NCBI GenBank assembly: GCA_964653235.1
Contig: CAZZCP010000010.1
Span: 1-47,888, forward strand
Direction of reading: 5' to 3'
Origin: an uncultured Pseudobdellovibrionaceae bacterium
Lineage (GTDB): Bacteria; Bdellovibrionota; Bdellovibrionia; Bdellovibrionales; UBA840
Length of the DNA: 47,888 bases
Shown here piece after piece: positions 37,270-44,925 of this stretch (positions are counted from its first letter, which is position 1; each line of letters starts with the position of its first letter). The translations under genes were made by a program, and so were the position numbers. Below the pieces are notes generated by a model that searched no databases, was not told where the DNA came from, and saw only the letters and a program-made list of their open reading frames with translations.

Positions 37270-38214
37270 TTAGTCTATCTCCAATATCTCAGCGCCTTGC
37301 TTTTTGTTGAGCTTGCGAAAATAATGGTGAAAAACCACCTCATAACCAGAAGGTAGAATCTCACTCACTTTCTTTTTTAGGTAATAGGGACAACCGATTT
37401 CAACTTCCCTTTTGGGCTTGGTAAAACAAATTACATCTAAGGAATTCGGACCAAAAATATCAGCTAACTTGCCCAAAGTCTCAGTAATTTCTTTTTCTGA
37501 TAAACTTGCATTGGTCTCAAAGCTAACAAATGATCCTAATTTTTGTGGTGTCACATGAATCGTATAATAATACTCATCGCGAATGGCATTCAGAGAGTAA
37601 CCTTGCGGCTCAAAGATAAAGTCATCTACTTGATAATTGGGCAAAATATTTTGCACTCCTGACTGGGCAATTTGATCTTTTGTATGTGAAATTCCCTTGC
37701 AAAATATGGCAGCTGCCTCTGGGTCTAAACCATGCATCAATATCTCAAGAGTTGAGTCATTCCGAGTGTCTAATGATTCATTTCCATAGTGATATAAAAA
37801 AATATGATGATCATCTTCATCACCAAATCGATAGGCCGTTCCTGAAAAATGATCTCTTAAAACTTTAACATCTTGATAGAAGTTGGATTTTTGGTATTCT
37901 GGAAAAACCTCTTTCTTTCGTTCATAAAATAAGGATTCGACATCGGAAAACTCAATCAAATCAAGGATTGCGGCTACTGCATTTGCCAAAGTGGTTTCAC
38001 CACAAGTGATCATCACGATTCGATCTCGAGTGATAAACATACTAGATTCAGACAATAAAAAAGCAATCTGATGATCATTACGAATTTCAGATAAAATTTT
38101 CGCACAGGCTGCGCTCGCCACTTCGGCCCATTTTTCTTTGGAAACCTCTAGTAAATTTCGAGTTGAGGACTTTAAGTAAATCTCTAATTTTTTTTCGGAA
38201 CCTTCAAAGAACAT
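37270..38214 (-). CDS. speD: S-adenosylmethionine decarboxylase proenzyme, eukaryote-type (class 2) fold
   Basis: Collinear with remembered human AMD1 blocks: FFEGSEKKLE / FFEGTEKLLE; LLSESSMFI / VLSESSMFV (autoprocessing Glu-Ser); TCGETT / TCGTT; TLEILMHGLDP / TLEILMSELDP; FEPQGYSLN / FNPCGYSMN; YYTIHVTPQ / YWTIHITPE; FVSFETN / YVSFETN. 1 nt upstream of speE. Confidence 0.85.
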   Translation of the reverse strand: MFFEGSEKKLEIYLKSSTRNLLEVSKEKWAEVASAACAKILSEIRNDHQIAFLLSESSMFITRDRIVMITCGETTLANAVAAILDLIEFSDVESLFYERKKEVFPEYQKSNFYQDVKVLRDHFSGTAYRFGDEDDHHIFLYHYGNESLDTRNDSTLEILMHGLDPEAAAIFCKGISHTKDQIAQSGVQNILPNYQVDDFIFEPQGYSLNAIRDEYYYTIHVTPQKLGSFVSFETNASLSEKEITETLGKLADIFGPNSLDVICFTKPKREVEIGCPYYLKKKVSEILPSGYEVVFHHYFRKLNKKQGAEILEID

Positions 38215-38240
38215 TGCAGGAACATAAAGAAAAAGAGGAC

Positions 38241-38735
38241 TTAATGCAATGTCTCTTTTTCTTCTGCGGCTGAATTTACCACGCCACTTTCTAGCTCTTC
38301 TTGAGTGGGCTCACGCATTGATAAAAGCTCAAGATCAAATTCTAGATCCAAACCAGCCAGAGGATGATTGCCATCGACTGTGATATTTTTTTCATCCGCC
38401 TTAACCACTTCTACCACAATCTCTTCACCATCTGGACCCACTGTATTGTACTTCATTCCTTCGTAAATCTCTTCATCTGGAAAGTGCTCTCGAGGCAGCT
38501 CAACGACTAAATCTTGCGAATATTCACCGAAGGCCTCTGTTGCCTTTAAAGAGACATGTACTTTAAAGCCCTCTTTTTGCCCTTCAAGAGCAGACTCTAC
38601 TTTTTGCAGCAGAAATCCGTGGCCATGGATGTAATAGAGAGGAGACTCAGGCTTAACAACATCTAAAATCTCCCCTTCAGGCGTGGTCAAAGTATAGGCG
38701 ATGCCAACTACAGTATTTTTACTTACTTTTGTCAA
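38241..38735 (-). CDS. slyD: FKBP-type peptidyl-prolyl cis-trans isomerase (SlyD-like)
   Basis: MTKVSKNTVVGIAYTLTTPEGE... and ...GNHPLAG... are typical of SlyD/FKBP with an IF insert. TTG start at 38735 with AAGGA upstream; 164 aa. Confidence 0.8.
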   Translation of the reverse strand: MTKVSKNTVVGIAYTLTTPEGEILDVVKPESPLYYIHGHGFLLQKVESALEGQKEGFKVHVSLKATEAFGEYSQDLVVELPREHFPDEEIYEGMKYNTVGPDGEEIVVEVVKADEKNITVDGNHPLAGLDLEFDLELLSMREPTQEELESGVVNSAAEEKETLH

Positions 38736-38812
38736 AATATCGAAATCCTTGGTTTTTTGACAGCCTAGCCTCTTTCAATGGGGGAATAAAGAAAATTTTT
38801 TTGTGATTCAGA

Positions 38813-38840
38813 CTTGCCATTTCGCAGCGAATCTCCATAT
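38813..38840 (+). promoter_or_regulatory. candidate sigma-32 (heat-shock) type promoter of htpG
   Basis: CTTGCCA (38813-38819), a 13-nt spacer, then CTCCATAT (38833-38840), compared with the consensus CTTGAAA / CCCCATnT. It ends 27 nt upstream of the htpG ATG, with the AGGAGG SD in between. Confidence 0.4.
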
Positions 38841-38867
38841 TGAGATCACGAAACAGGAGGTCTGTCT

Positions 38868-40766
38868 ATGAGCCAAGAAACCAAGAGTTTTAATGCAGAA
38901 GTTCAAAAAGTTCTCGATCTTATGATTCACTCAGTTTACTCCAATAAAGAGGTTTTTTTGCGAGAACTGATTTCCAATGCAGCAGATGCCATTGACAAAA
39001 GAAAATTTCAGGCGCTGAGCGATACTTCTTTGCAGGCCAAAGACAATGACTACAAAATTGAAATCCAAAGAAATCCTGAGACCAAACAATTGATTATTTC
39101 TGATAATGGAATAGGAATGAGCTATGATGAGGTGGTCGAAAACATTGGTACTATCGCCCATTCAGGAACCAAAAAATTCTTTCAGATGAATGAAGAAATG
39201 AAAGAGAATCCTGAGTTGATCGGCCAGTTTGGTGTCGGTTTTTACTCCAGTTTTATGGTTGGTAAAAAGCTTAGCCTCCTGACTCGCAAAGCAGGAAGTG
39301 AAGAGGCAACACTCTGGGAGTCGATAGGAGACGGTAACTACAGCATCCAAAAAACCGAAAAGTCAGAGCCAGGTACTTTGATTACCATTGATCTCAAAGA
39401 GGATCTCGATAAAGACTACTGTGACCAATGGACGATCAAACAAATTGTACAAAAATATTCTGATTTTATCCCCTACCCAATCGAAATGGAGATGGAGTCT
39501 AGCGAGCCTGAAAAAGATGAAGAAGGCAAAATTATAGAGGGCAAATGGAAAACTACCAAAAAAATTGAAGTCCTCAACAGCCAAAAAGCTCTTTGGACCC
39601 GCAGCCCGCAAGATGTAAAAACTGAAGAGTATGAAGAATTTTATCGACAACTCTCTGGTGACTGGAATCCCCCTTTAAAAAGCATTCATTACCGTGCTGA
39701 AGGGAGTATTGAATTCTCGAGCCTGCTGTTTCTACCCTCAAAAAGACCATTTAATTTTAATACTGTCGATGCAAAATGGGGTCTTCAGCTGTTTGTTAAA
39801 AAAGTTTTTATTATGGGCGACTGCCGTGAACTGCTACCGGAGTATCTAAGATTCACTCGAGGTTTGGTTGACAGTTCTGATCTTTCACTGAACATATCTA
39901 GAGAGATTTTACAGCAAGACAATCAAGTCACTGCCATACGCAAAAATGTTGTAAACAAGATTCTCAACACACTGGCTCAGCTTTTGAAGAAAGAAAAAAA
40001 TCAATATATTGAATTTTGGCAAAGCTTTGGCAATGTTTTAAAAGAGGGTATTGCTACTGATAGAGAAAACCACGAAAAAATCTCAAAACTTCTTCTCTAC
40101 CCAACGACTTCGCAAGATGAGCTCTCTAGTTTAGAAGACTATGTCTCTCGCATGAAAGAGGGGCAAAAAGACATTTATTTTCTTGCCGGTGAAAACATCG
40201 AAAATTTAAAGAAGAGTCCACATCTAGAAGCGCTTAAAGAGAAAGGCTATGAAGTTTTACTAATGACAGATGACATTGATGAGTGGGTGGTAAATCATTT
40301 GCAAGTTTTTGATGAAAAGAAACTGGTATCTGCTGCCAATGCAGATTTAGATTTAGAATCTGAAGAAGAGAAAAAAGAAATCGAAGAGAAGCAAAAAAAA
40401 TACCAAGAAGAGTACAAAGATCTACTTGCCAATATGTCAGATGCCCTTAAAGAGAGAGTCAAAGAGATACGCATTTCTTCACGTCTTAAAAACTCTCCGG
40501 TTTGTTTGGTGCATGACCAAAATGATATGACTGCGAATATGCAAAGAATTCTAGCCCAACACAAAGGCGATGTCCCCGATGTGAAACGCATTCTTGAAAT
40601 CAATCCAAATCATAAGATCTTTCAAAAGATGCAAACAGCTGATAAATCAGCGCAAAAAGAATGGGCCGAATTATTTTATGGCCAAGCACTTTTGACAGAA
40701 GGTTCGCAAGTGCCCGACCCTGTGAAGTTTTCAGAGCAGATCAATAAATTGATCTTAGGTGAATAA
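38868..40766 (+). CDS. htpG: molecular chaperone HtpG (Hsp90)
   Basis: FLRELISNAADA, GQFGVGFYS, SREILQ motifs; 632 aa. Confidence 0.95.
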   Translation: MSQETKSFNAEVQKVLDLMIHSVYSNKEVFLRELISNAADAIDKRKFQALSDTSLQAKDNDYKIEIQRNPETKQLIISDNGIGMSYDEVVENIGTIAHSGTKKFFQMNEEMKENPELIGQFGVGFYSSFMVGKKLSLLTRKAGSEEATLWESIGDGNYSIQKTEKSEPGTLITIDLKEDLDKDYCDQWTIKQIVQKYSDFIPYPIEMEMESSEPEKDEEGKIIEGKWKTTKKIEVLNSQKALWTRSPQDVKTEEYEEFYRQLSGDWNPPLKSIHYRAEGSIEFSSLLFLPSKRPFNFNTVDAKWGLQLFVKKVFIMGDCRELLPEYLRFTRGLVDSSDLSLNISREILQQDNQVTAIRKNVVNKILNTLAQLLKKEKNQYIEFWQSFGNVLKEGIATDRENHEKISKLLLYPTTSQDELSSLEDYVSRMKEGQKDIYFLAGENIENLKKSPHLEALKEKGYEVLLMTDDIDEWVVNHLQVFDEKKLVSAANADLDLESEEEKKEIEEKQKKYQEEYKDLLANMSDALKERVKEIRISSRLKNSPVCLVHDQNDMTANMQRILAQHKGDVPDVKRILEINPNHKIFQKMQTADKSAQKEWAELFYGQALLTEGSQVPDPVKFSEQINKLILGE

Positions 40767-40771
40767 TCATA

Positions 40772-40803
40772 AGCCGGTCCCTTATCTGGATCGGCTTTTT
40801 TTT
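40772..40803 (+). terminator. rho-independent terminator of htpG
   Basis: AAGCCGGTCC-cttatct-GGATCGGCTT (10-bp stem with one G.U) followed by a T-run, starting 6 nt after the stop. Confidence 0.75.
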
Positions 40804-40901
40804 AAGAAAAAAACACCAAAGACTGAAAAGCGTAAACTAAAATTTTTGTTATAATTCGATTTTTATTTTCTAAAAAATGAAGCTGGCACTAATTACTTCG
40901 A

Positions 40902-41288
40902 ATGAGAAAATTTAAATTTTGCTATCTCCTTTTACTTTCTAATTATTTTTCATTCCCTGTACTGGCACTTTCCCCTGCATGTTTAGAGCATTTAAATCAG
41001 ATCATTTGCATTTCTTCAGAGCATCCCAAACTACGAATGCCTGGAATCGAGGGCATTGAGTACCGTCAAAATAGAAGCTGTGAGAGAGTGCCTGATAATA
41101 TCTTGTCTCCCATCATGGAAGCAGCGAGCTATATACCAGATGAATTGGACTCATTGGTTTGTGAATTAAAAAAATTTACAGTTGAAGCAGCACCAGTTCA
41201 ATTTGGCGGTTATACCCAAACGCTCTATATGCGAATCGGAGCAGAACCAGAAACTCTCACTGGAAAGCCTATGGATCTTACAATTTAG
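40902..41288 (+). CDS. hypothetical exported protein
   Basis: 128 aa; hydrophobic N-terminus MRKFKFCYLLLLSNYFSFPVLALS. No family recognised. Confidence 0.45.
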   Translation: MRKFKFCYLLLLSNYFSFPVLALSPACLEHLNQIICISSEHPKLRMPGIEGIEYRQNRSCERVPDNILSPIMEAASYIPDELDSLVCELKKFTVEAAPVQFGGYTQTLYMRIGAEPETLTGKPMDLTI

Positions 41289-41431
41289 AGTATTGTATTG
41301 ATATTATTCCCAGTTTCAATTCAGTTCGTCTCACAATATGTTATTAGAGCAGCAGGGCTACATTAAACTTAGGAGGTATTATGAAATCCCTTTTATTATT
41401 CTTATTCTATTGAGGTTTCATTTTAGGCAAA

Positions 41432-41731
41432 TTATAGCAATTCTAAAATACGTCTTTGTGCTTGAAAATCTTCACCAAAGGCATCAAAGCCTTTCTGGCG
41501 CATATCCGCAGCATGTTTCTCAAAATAATCTTCTAATTCTTCTCTACTCTTTACTTCGTACTGTGCAACATACTCGATCTCATCTTCATTATCTGCTTCC
41601 TGCGATTGATAGAGCTCGGCAGAGAGAAAGCAATCGAGCTCAAGCATTTGCTCGACATGCTCGCGCAGCCAGATTAAAAAATCCTCTTGAATCTCGGGTT
41701 TTACCTTAAGGTTGACCTCGTATATGAACAT
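41432..41731 (-). CDS. DUF4286-like small protein
   Basis: MFIYEVNLKVKPEIQEDFLIWLREHV... resembles DUF4286 from memory. The ATG at 41731 is preceded by GGAGG (5-nt spacer), and the TTG at 41743 in the track is part of that SD region. Confidence 0.6.
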   Translation of the reverse strand: MFIYEVNLKVKPEIQEDFLIWLREHVEQMLELDCFLSAELYQSQEADNEDEIEYVAQYEVKSREELEDYFEKHAADMRQKGFDAFGEDFQAQRRILELL

Positions 41732-41857
41732 AGGTTCCTCCAAAAAAATTCATATTCATTATCAGAATTACTTATGATTTTTTATAATTTCAAATAATTT
41801 TTCAAATTATTCTATTAGGCTTATAAATCTAATATACAAAGCGCTAAGGGGGACTTT

Positions 41858-42373
41858 TTGCTACACAAACTCATTCTAATTGTATTATCAATTTTATCTT
41901 CTATCACTTTTGCCATGAATGATGATTTCTCCATTCAATTTGACTCGCATCTTATTCAGCTTTCACAAGATACCTTAAATATCGCTCAAAAAAACCAAAT
42001 CAATCTCAATTTTGATGAAGAAGGCATCGCACTATATAGCAATTTGGATGAATTTAATATCGCAGCAAATATGATTCTTTCTGAAAATGAAAATGGCGAC
42101 CGATTGGTTCACATTCAATTCGTTGACGAGAAAAAAGTTCATAACTTTGTTCTTGAAAAAGCAAAAGTACAAAGCGCTGAACCTTGCGGCTATATAAACT
42201 ACCAAGCCACTGTCGAAGTTGGCCACTTTAGCGATATTGAAGAAAGTGTTTCGATTGAAAAACTCAGTTTTATCGACCGAAATGTTGAGACTTCTTGCAA
42301 AGACCTGCTACCACGTTATGAAATGAAGTTTGAGTCTGACTATCGTGTTGAATATCTGTTCTCATTCTTCTAA
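41858..42373 (+). CDS. hypothetical exported protein
   Basis: TTG start preceded by AAGGGGG; signal peptide MLHKLILIVLSILSSITFA; the stop overlaps the next gene's start (TAATG). Confidence 0.5.
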   Translation: MLHKLILIVLSILSSITFAMNDDFSIQFDSHLIQLSQDTLNIAQKNQINLNFDEEGIALYSNLDEFNIAANMILSENENGDRLVHIQFVDEKKVHNFVLEKAKVQSAEPCGYINYQATVEVGHFSDIEESVSIEKLSFIDRNVETSCKDLLPRYEMKFESDYRVEYLFSFF

Positions 42374-42987
42374 TGCTAAAAACCGAGATTCACTGCAAGC
42401 TTCCCTTTCAATATCTATACGTAAATAGAAACAGCTCCCTTCTTTATATTTTGCTCCATGGCTACCAACAAAATGCCGAATGGATGCTCAAAAAGTTTGA
42501 AAATCGCATCTCCAATGCAAGCCTCTTGATTCCCCAAGGTCCCTTTCCGGTTCCTTTTCAAAAGGGAAACTCCATACACCGAGTTTTTTCTTGGTATTTT
42601 TTTGATATCGAGAAACAAGCCTATTACATCGATATGCAGAGCTCGATTAGTGCCATTTTAAATCTACCCGAGATCAAGAAGCATTCTCAAGTTCGAATTC
42701 TTGGCTTTTCACAAGGTGGATTTTTAGCACCTTTTGTGGCCCAAGAAATTTCACAGTGTAAAGAAGTTTTGCTTCTCAATGCCGTATTGAGATACGATGA
42801 TCTTGCTGAAAGTGCGCATTTTAAAATCTATCAGTATCATGGAGTAAAAGATGAGATCATCCCGATGAAAAGAGCACAACTTGCTCATCAAAAATATCTA
42901 GATCGAGGCAATGCTGGCAAATTCTATCAAATTCTTGGAGACACACACAAGATTGATGATGAATTTTTAGATAAAGTTGAACTATAA
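42373..42987 (+). CDS. alpha/beta hydrolase (phospholipase/carboxylesterase-like serine esterase)
   Basis: Nucleophile elbow GFSQGG, downstream D and H candidates (GVKDEIIP, GDTHKI); 204 aa. Confidence 0.7.
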   Translation: MLKTEIHCKLPFQYLYVNRNSSLLYILLHGYQQNAEWMLKKFENRISNASLLIPQGPFPVPFQKGNSIHRVFSWYFFDIEKQAYYIDMQSSISAILNLPEIKKHSQVRILGFSQGGFLAPFVAQEISQCKEVLLLNAVLRYDDLAESAHFKIYQYHGVKDEIIPMKRAQLAHQKYLDRGNAGKFYQILGDTHKIDDEFLDKVEL

Positions 42988-43090
42988 ATATCTTTTTTTG
43001 TAACAAAATGAGACAAAATCAATGCTGGCCGCCGTCTCCATTTTATACTTTGAATGTAAAGTTTGTATCAAATATAGCCGATCTATATTT

Positions 43091-43948
43091 ATGAACAAAG
43101 CGATTGGTGTTATTTTAGTTAGCATATTTATACTCATCAGCTTCCAAAACTGCGCTGAATACAATGTCTCGCAAAGCCAGAATACCTGCAGTCCTGCAGA
43201 TGGATCTACCCTATGTGTTTCTAGCTTAGAAGATTCCAGATTGTTCTTTGTCAATGGACTTGCTCGAAGCTTGGGTGAAGTCGATGTCAATGAAGATGGC
43301 AGCTTTATTATCAACAATCCTGAAACCCAAAGATCTTCGGTTGTGATTCGTAGCCTGGATGCCAATGGAAATGTGTTTTTTGAATCTCATCCTGATTTCT
43401 TCCCATGGGTTTGTTCCAGTCATGATTTTGATAAAGCCCGCTCTCCAGCGCAAGCTAACGGAGGCCCTCATAACAATTGTGCGGGAGTCATACGTTGGTA
43501 TACCTCTGACGGTCAGTCAGGTGGCGTGGTCGATGAAAATGGTGTTCTTATTAATCATCTTGCCGTTTTTGAGCCTGGAGAATGCAATAACTTTTCTCAA
43601 CTTCCAACTGAAATACAGGGTGAAAGACTTTGGGTGGTTTTATCTGATATTGATGGAAACTCATTAAATAGTGTGGACTTAGTTTGTTTAGATAAAGATT
43701 TTCAATTTTTTAGAAATATCAATATTAATTCTGACTTTAGCGCACCTTGGGTACCTGGTACTATTCTTGTTGAAATTGCTGAATCCGAATACAATCGTCT
43801 CGTCAATGATACTGGCGGCAGTCGCGACTTAAGCTTGATCTACGATGCAAACATTCAATTTTCACAGCCCGTTGTTTTAAACGACGAAATCATTGAGGCA
43901 CTCAATTTGCTCTACCAAGACCAAGGTCTTTGGCCTAATTTACCCTAA
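43091..43948 (+). CDS. hypothetical lipoprotein / exported protein
   Basis: ATG at 43091 gives MNKAIGVILVSIFILISFQNC (a possible lipobox Cys). No family recognised. The track ORF from 43022 adds an unlikely N-terminus. Confidence 0.5.
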   Translation: MNKAIGVILVSIFILISFQNCAEYNVSQSQNTCSPADGSTLCVSSLEDSRLFFVNGLARSLGEVDVNEDGSFIINNPETQRSSVVIRSLDANGNVFFESHPDFFPWVCSSHDFDKARSPAQANGGPHNNCAGVIRWYTSDGQSGGVVDENGVLINHLAVFEPGECNNFSQLPTEIQGERLWVVLSDIDGNSLNSVDLVCLDKDFQFFRNININSDFSAPWVPGTILVEIAESEYNRLVNDTGGSRDLSLIYDANIQFSQPVVLNDEIIEALNLLYQDQGLWPNLP

Positions 43949-43958
43949 AAAGTTTTAC

Positions 43959-44134
43959 TAACTGCTCCCTTTTATTTCACTTCGGATGTCCGTCCGCAAG
44001 CGATAAGTATTTATAATGTTTCGTGTATTCTGTCCGAACTTGTTAAAAAATTGGTGCAGCTTCGGACAAATATCCTAGGTCATTGAAAGCAGGATTCAAT
44101 TCTGCGAAAAAAGTGAAATAAAAGGGAGCAGCTA
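43959..44134. mobile_element. MITE-like non-coding element, copy B (176 bp)
   Basis: 43962-43982 (ctgctcccttttatttcactt) is the perfect inverted complement of 44111-44131 (21/21, or 23/24 if extended by TA(A/G)). The interior is collinear with copy A. Imperfect flanking direct repeat AAG-TTTTA / AAGAGTTTTA. Confidence 0.7.
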
Positions 44135-44782
44135 AAGAGTTTTAAATGTCCTATCAAAAAGCCTGTAGTATTCTTCACGGCTTACATACCTTGCACCAAA
44201 ACTTTCACTCACAGGAGTTACCATCTGAACATCAAGAAAGGACTTCTTCATAAGGGCCAAATCTTCTAGAAGATGCCAAAGGCAAAATTTCGATGCATTG
44301 GATACTTTGTAGAACATACTTTCTGCACCATAGACCCCACCAATACGAACTCCATAGAGTCCACCCACCAATTCATTCTTGAGCCAGGCCTCGTAAGAGT
44401 AGGCGATCTTTAGATTGTGCAATTCTAGATAGGCTGTTTCGATTTCATCAGTGATCCAGGTTCCCTCTTGTCCGGGGCGTGCTTGCGACTTGCAGCCCTC
44501 TAAAACTTGGGCAAAAGCGGTGTTTTTTCGCAACTCGAAAGCCGTATTTCGCAAAAATTTGCGAAAACTCTTGGGAGCTCTTCGATCTGAAATTCGGATG
44601 ATTCCTCTCTCTAAAGGAGAAAACCAAAGCATGGGCATACCTTCATGCGGCCAAGGAAAGATTCCCCTAGAGTAGGCATCGAGTAGAATCTCTGTACTTA
44701 GATCGCCCCCAACGGCTACAATTCCGTCTGGATCAGTCCAAACTTGGCGAGGCGGAAAGTAGGAGTGCCGTTTTCTGTGCAT
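44132..44782 (-). CDS. aat: leucyl/phenylalanyl-tRNA--protein transferase
   Basis: ...GIFPWP...WFSP..RGI..., ...GGLYG...G..F.GESMF-like blocks; 216 aa. The stop codon TAG is formed by the last 3 nt of repeat copy B. Confidence 0.88.
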   Translation of the reverse strand: MHRKRHSYFPPRQVWTDPDGIVAVGGDLSTEILLDAYSRGIFPWPHEGMPMLWFSPLERGIIRISDRRAPKSFRKFLRNTAFELRKNTAFAQVLEGCKSQARPGQEGTWITDEIETAYLELHNLKIAYSYEAWLKNELVGGLYGVRIGGVYGAESMFYKVSNASKFCLWHLLEDLALMKKSFLDVQMVTPVSESFGARYVSREEYYRLFDRTFKTL

Positions 44783-44925
44783 AGCAACATTTTAGGCTGC
44801 TTCGCAGATTATTTCTAGTCTTGTTGGCCCGAAAAAAAACCAAGGGCTTATCTTTTGACAGGGTGCTCATAGTGAGCTACACCAAGTCTCTATATATATG
44901 AATTAACCAAGATTTAGAGGAATTT

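Noticed and set aside
41338-41709. Plus-strand 123-aa ORF opposite the DUF4286-like gene
   Set aside because: It has a low-complexity basic composition (runs of R/Q/H/L) and no RBS. The minus-strand ORF has a GGAGG-ATG start and a recognisable family-like N-terminus.
41793-41811. Inverted repeat AATAATTT-ttc-AAATTATT in the divergent promoter region between the DUF4286 gene and 41858-42373, as a possible operator
   Set aside because: It is composed only of A/T in a very AT-rich spacer, so chance occurrence is high, and there is no adjacent regulator gene to tie it to.
43962-44131. The 21-nt termini (CTGCTCCCTTTTATTTCACTT) looked CRISPR-repeat / anti-repeat-like, reminiscent of some type II repeats
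   Set aside because: They occur only as one inverted pair per element with a conserved ~130-nt interior. There is no array of direct repeats with variable spacers, and no cas or tracr context anywhere in the window. The resemblance is short and could be chance.
5136-44134. Two same-orientation element copies 38.6 kb apart might delimit a composite transposon or genomic island
   Set aside because: The intervening DNA is core housekeeping (tmk, holB, gap-pgk-tpiA, the pur/pyr genes, htpG). It has no integrase, transposase or compositional break that I can see.
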